From positions 32,001 to 96,000 of the forward strand of contig CAWJGT010000012.1 in NCBI GenBank assembly GCA_963842525.1: a stretch of 64,000 nucleotides of DNA, in the 5' to 3' direction. The notes beneath the pieces are model-generated. The model searched no databases and had not been told where the DNA came from. It was given only the letters and a program-made list of their open reading frames with translations. This document shows, piece by piece, positions 59,870 to 64,000 of this stretch (its first letter is position 1; the number at the start of each line of letters is the position of its first letter). This DNA is from an uncultured Holophagales bacterium. Its GTDB lineage: Bacteria > Acidobacteriota > Thermoanaerobaculia > Multivoradales > UBA5704. The position numbers and the translations under genes are program-made.

Positions 59870-61816
59870 TTACAGATCAGTGCTGCGGCCGGCCACGAGC
59901 GATCCCACCCGCTCGAGGAACGCCGTCGCCGGCATGGCGCCGAGGTCCGCGCCCGAACGCCGCCGCACCGAAACGGTCCCTTCGTCCTGCTCGCGCGCAC
60001 CCACCACCAGCATGTACGGCACCTTCTGGAGCTGGGCCTCGCGGATCTTGTAACCGAGCTTCTCGTTGCGCGCGTCGAGCTCGGCGCGCACCCCCGCCGC
60101 GGCCAGCTCCGCCCGCACCCGCTCGCCGTAGTCGGCAAACTTCTCCGAGACCGGCAGCACCACCGCCTGGACCGGCGCCAGCCAGAGCGGGAAGGCCCCG
60201 GAGGTCTGTTCGATCAGGATCGCCAGGAAGCGCTCGACCGAGCCCAGCATGGCGCGATGGATCATCACCGGCCGGTGCTCGCCGCCGTCCGCCGCCACAT
60301 AGGCGAGGCCGAAGCGGTCCGGCATCTGGTAGTCGAGCTGGATGGTGCCGAGCTGCCAGCTCCTCCCGAGCGCGTCGTGGACGTGGAAGTCGATCTTCGG
60401 CCCATAGAAGGCGCCGTCGCCGGGGTTGACCGTATACGGGGTGCCCCGCTTCTCCAGTGCCGCGGCCAGAGCCGCCTCGGCGCGGTCCCACACCTCGTCG
60501 GCGCCGATCCGCTTCTCCGGCCGGGTCGACAGCTCGAGCTGGACGTCGGCGAAGCCGAGCGTCCGGTAGACCTCCAGGATCATGTCGGTCAGCCTCAGGA
60601 CCTCGCCCTCGATCTGCTCGTCGGTGCAGAAGGCGTGAGCATCGTCTTGGGCGAACGAGCGCACCCGGAACAGGCCGTTGGTGACGCCGCTGCGCTCATA
60701 GCGGTGGAGGCGCCCGAAATCGGCGTAGCGGATGGGCAGGTCGCGGTACGAGCGCAGCCGCGTGCCATAGATCAGGCAATGGGTCGGGCAGTTCATCGGC
60801 TTGACCGCCATGTGCTGCTCGTCGATCTCGACGAAGAACATCCCCTCCCGGTAGTTGTCGTAGTGACCCGAGGTGTGCCACAGGTCGACATCGAGCACCT
60901 GCGGGGTGATCACCTCGCCAAAGCCGTAGCGGACGTGGAGCTCCCGGACGTAGTCGACCAGCGCGTTGTAGACGAACGCCCCCTTGGGATGGAAGAACGG
61001 CATGGCCGGCGCATAGGCATTGAAGCTGAAGAGGTCGAGCTCCTGGCCCAGGCGCCGGTGGTCGCGCGCCCGGGCCTGCTCGATCCGCTCCAGGTACTCC
61101 GCCATCTCCTTCTCGGAGGCGAAGGCGGTGCCGTAGATGCGCTGCAGCCGCTCGTTGGCCTCGTCGCCCTTCCAGTAGACGCCCGAGGCTTCGAGGAGCT
61201 TCAGGGCGCCGATCTGGCCGGCGGCCTGGGCGTGCGGCCCGCGGCAGAGGTCGACGAACCGGCCGTGCCGGTAGAGGGTGATCGTATCGCCCGCGGGGAT
61301 GTCCTTGAGGCGCTCGACCTTGAGGCTCTCGCCCATCTCCCGGAAGATGCGCTCCGCCTCCTCGCGCGAGACCTCGGTCCGCTCGAAGGGGCTCCCCTCG
61401 GCCACGATCTCGCGCATTTTTTCCTCAATGGCCGCCAGGTCCTCGGGGGTGAACGCCCGCGGGAAGCGGAAGTCGTACTGGAACTTCTCGCTGTGGTCCT
61501 GGCGCCCGACGTCGATCTCGGCCTCGGGCCAGAGCCGCTTGACCGCGTCGGCGAGCACGTGCTCCGCGCTGTGGCGGACGAATTCGCCGGCCTCGGGGCT
61601 CTTGACCGTGAAGATGCGGAACGCGCCGCCCGCGGCGAGCGGATGGCGGAGGTCGATCCTGCGGCCGTCGACCTCGGCTCCCACGGCGTCCCTGGCCAGG
61701 CGGGGTCCGATCGAGGCGGCGACCTCGAGGGGTGTCGTCCCGGCCGGCACGTCGCGGACAGAGCCGTCGGGCAGCGTGAGGCGGATCGCCTCGGTGGTGG
61801 TCTGCATCATCTCCAC
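59870..61816 (-). CDS. thrS: Threonine-tRNA ligase
   Basis: TGS domain, RHSAEH, DLCRGPH, DHRRLG, KPMNCP, GAFYGPK, PLWLAP. Confidence 0.97.
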   Translation of the reverse strand: MEMMQTTTEAIRLTLPDGSVRDVPAGTTPLEVAASIGPRLARDAVGAEVDGRRIDLRHPLAAGGAFRIFTVKSPEAGEFVRHSAEHVLADAVKRLWPEAEIDVGRQDHSEKFQYDFRFPRAFTPEDLAAIEEKMREIVAEGSPFERTEVSREEAERIFREMGESLKVERLKDIPAGDTITLYRHGRFVDLCRGPHAQAAGQIGALKLLEASGVYWKGDEANERLQRIYGTAFASEKEMAEYLERIEQARARDHRRLGQELDLFSFNAYAPAMPFFHPKGAFVYNALVDYVRELHVRYGFGEVITPQVLDVDLWHTSGHYDNYREGMFFVEIDEQHMAVKPMNCPTHCLIYGTRLRSYRDLPIRYADFGRLHRYERSGVTNGLFRVRSFAQDDAHAFCTDEQIEGEVLRLTDMILEVYRTLGFADVQLELSTRPEKRIGADEVWDRAEAALAAALEKRGTPYTVNPGDGAFYGPKIDFHVHDALGRSWQLGTIQLDYQMPDRFGLAYVAADGGEHRPVMIHRAMLGSVERFLAILIEQTSGAFPLWLAPVQAVVLPVSEKFADYGERVRAELAAAGVRAELDARNEKLGYKIREAQLQKVPYMLVVGAREQDEGTVSVRRRSGADLGAMPATAFLERVGSLVAGRSTDL

Positions 61817-61884
61817 AAAGCTGAAAGGAATTCTGCCGCTACCGGGCGGCAGCCCGCCGGGAAGGTTCTCACGGAAGGAAGGGA

Positions 61885-61961
61885 TGGTAGGCGCTAGCGG
61901 ACTCGAACCGCTGACCTCTACCGTGTGAAGGTAGCGCTCTAACCAGCTGAGCTAAGCGCCT
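61885..61961 (-). tRNA. tRNA-Val (CAC)
   Basis: Cloverleaf; anticodon arm CTACC-TTCACAC-GGTAG, GGTTCGAGTCC, CCA end. Confidence 0.95.
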
Positions 61962-62064
61962 GGGGTTCAAAGCCGCACACCACGGACGGGCAGCTCGGGA
62001 ACCAGATCCTCCGGCCTCGCGAGCGTCCGTCGTTCCTCGATGCGTGCGGCTCTCTCCATATCCT

Positions 62065-62141
62065 TGGTAGGCCCGAGCGGATTCGAACCGCTGACCTCTA
62101 CGATGTCAACGTAGCGCTCTAACCAACTGAGCTACGGGCCT
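62065..62141 (-). tRNA. tRNA-Val (GAC)
   Basis: Cloverleaf; anticodon arm CTACG-TTGACAT-CGTAG, GGTTCGAATCC, CCA end. Confidence 0.95.
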
Positions 62142-62187
62142 GTTTTTGCCAAAACATGACCCCCCGGCAGACCGCCGGGGAGGACAG

Positions 62188-62216
62188 AGGCTAGCAAACG
62201 CGGCCGGGGGTGTCAA
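62188..62216 (-). promoter_or_regulatory. Sigma70 promoter of the tRNA pair
   Basis: TTGACA-17bp-TAGCCT on the minus strand. Confidence 0.75.
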
Positions 62217-62285
62217 CCGAGACGGAGCCTCCTGACATTCCCTGTCCTCCCCGGGCAAAGAGGCTACGCCGCTTCGGCGATCCGA

Positions 62286-64000
62286 TTAGGGGGGCAGGCC
62301 GGGATGGAGAGAGAGGGTCCCTCCGGCGGCAAGCATACCGGTGTCGCAAACGCCTCCCGCATCCTGCCCGGCAGACTCGTGCCCGCGTTGGACCAGACAG
62401 GTGCGGTACCCGCCTGGTGCGACATTGGGGACACGGAGTTTCGTCCCCTCGCTGACCGTGCCCTGGTCATAGGCCCATTGCCGGAGCAGGCCCACAGGGA
62501 TCGGAAGCCCGTTCTGGAAAATGGCAACACTGAGATCCTCGCGGAGAAGATCCCCGCCGCTCCCGGGCAGAACGATCTCGAGGGTGCCCGCTTCCTCCGA
62601 AACGCCCAGGCTCAAAGGTCCACCGGCCACCGGACCGAAGGCCCGGAGGGCAAATCCCGGCGCGCTCACAATGGCCGCCAACGGGCCGGCGGATTCCGGG
62701 ACAGTGATGTCGAAAGCACCTTCCATGTCAGTTGTGCCGGCCCTCCCTCCTGCACCGGGTGGTAACGCCATCACCGTGACATTCGATCCCGCCACCGGCC
62801 CCCGAGAGGAAAGGACATGGCCGGTGAGCCGCTTCACGGGGCGCAACACCAGATCGATCGGGCCTGCCGCACGGCCCGCCGCCAGGGAAGTATGCACGAG
62901 ATCGCTGTTGCGGGATGCCGACTCCGCTCCCAAGGTCACAGGACCCTCGGCAAGGCCGCGCACCTCGAAGGCCCCTGAGGAGTCTGTCGATACCTGCTGG
63001 TCCAGGCTCTTTCCCTGGATCACCACGTGCGCCTCAGGCACGGGCCTGCCTTGCTCATCGGAGACGCGGCCGAAGATGCGGGTGTCCGGCAGGTCGATCT
63101 TCAGGCTCGCGACGCCGGACGCGCCTGCCTGCACCTCGACGCGCGTGCGGGTCTGCAGCCTTGGATGCGTTGCCTCGATGTCAATGTTCCAGAAACCCTC
63201 TCGGGGGAGAGGGCCGAAAAACCGGCCTTCCTCGTCGGCTTCCATCCGGACGGATGTCGTACCGCGGCGTCCGCCGAACCAGAGGACACCTGCGAAAGGC
63301 TCTCCTCCCAGGCGGAGCTCACCCTTGAGGTCGATGAATTTGATCTCGATAGGGAACGCTGCCTGACCGGGGGCGTCCACCTGAATGTCATCACCGGAAT
63401 ACAGCCGGTTGCCCAACGAATCAGCAACTTCGACCCGGTATCGTCCCGGCGACTGGCCGGGGACGGAGAAGCGTCCCTCTCCGTCGGCTGCTCCGTTGAA
63501 CACCACGGGCGCAATACGGACGGCCGCGTCACGCACGCGAAACACCTTGGCGCGCCACGGTTTTCCGAGCCAATCGAGAGGCGGGTTGATCGTAAAGGCA
63601 AGATCCAGGGGATGCGTCAAGACCAGAGGATCACGGAGGAATGTCTCCGCTTCTCGATTCACCTGAACGGGTGAGAGCTTGACCGGGTTGTACCCGGGCT
63701 GCCGCACCTCCAGGGCATAGACGCCCGCTGCAAGTCCGGTGAGTTGAAAGAAGCCATCGCCGCGGACCGTCTTCTCTACGCTGGTCCGCTCGAGCTCCGC
63801 AGACCTGGAGATGCCTGTTCCGCCTGCAAGCAAAAGGGCCAACCGGACGACGCACTGCTGGGGATCGATGGCTCCCTCCTCGACTGCCACCCACCCTGCA
63901 ACAGACGCGCCGCGCTCCAGCTCGATGGTTCCGAAAGAGAGCTTCCTGCCGGCCGGGACCTCTACGCCCCACCGGTATTGCGGCGTGAGGCCCTCTGCCG
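62286..64000 (-). CDS. Carboxypeptidase-regulatory-like (Cna B-type) repeat protein, 5' end outside the window
   Basis: Repeated GRV.D..G.PV..A.V..TD..G.F...GL..G.Y.L beta-sandwich motifs; frame appears to stay open to the window edge. Confidence 0.75.
   Translation of the reverse strand, partial: AEGLTPQYRWGVEVPAGRKLSFGTIELERGASVAGWVAVEEGAIDPQQCVVRLALLLAGGTGISRSAELERTSVEKTVRGDGFFQLTGLAAGVYALEVRQPGYNPVKLSPVQVNREAETFLRDPLVLTHPLDLAFTINPPLDWLGKPWRAKVFRVRDAAVRIAPVVFNGAADGEGRFSVPGQSPGRYRVEVADSLGNRLYSGDDIQVDAPGQAAFPIEIKFIDLKGELRLGGEPFAGVLWFGGRRGTTSVRMEADEEGRFFGPLPREGFWNIDIEATHPRLQTRTRVEVQAGASGVASLKIDLPDTRIFGRVSDEQGRPVPEAHVVIQGKSLDQQVSTDSSGAFEVRGLAEGPVTLGAESASRNSDLVHTSLAAGRAAGPIDLVLRPVKRLTGHVLSSRGPVAGSNVTVMALPPGAGGRAGTTDMEGAFDITVPESAGPLAAIVSAPGFALRAFGPVAGGPLSLGVSEEAGTLEIVLPGSGGDLLREDLSVAIFQNGLPIPVGLLRQWAYDQGTVSEGTKLRVPNVAPGGYRTCLVQRGHESAGQDAGGVCDTGMLAAGGTLSLHPGLPP

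Noticed and set aside
61885-62141. tRNA genes as an integration site
   Set aside because: No integrase and no duplicated tRNA 3' fragment seen in the window

Overview
GC-rich bacterial chromosome segment; the protein families suggest Acidobacteriota, probably Thermoanaerobaculia (inference). Core loci: type IV pilus pilT-pilC-pilS-pilR, an ABC exporter, AddAB-type helicase-nuclease, acyl-CoA dehydrogenase-meaB-mce, ppk1, moeA, ymdB-rny-6S RNA-zapA, pyrD, and tRNA-Val x2-thrS-infC-rpmI-rplT-pheS-pheT-zapB-like. Accessory DNA: (i) 1.7-6.5 kb, a tightly coupled five-gene operon encoding TIR-FHA, a membrane TPR-FHA protein, a membrane non-RD Ser/Thr kinase, a PH-like protein and a small membrane protein (best candidate for a new defence/signalling system); (ii) 31.6-40 kb, a decaying island with five toxin-antitoxin loci, an IS1634 remnant and Cys-rich secreted proteins; (iii) 54.3-55.0 kb, a non-coding ~650-bp array of the quasi-palindrome CTG(TCG/CGA)CAG phased every 20-21 bp, next to an AT-richer leader-like region. 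A palindromic REP/MITE-like element occurs at six sites, three of them translated inside genes. Many housekeeping genes show 1-bp frameshifts, most likely long-read assembly errors. No CRISPR array or rRNA was seen.
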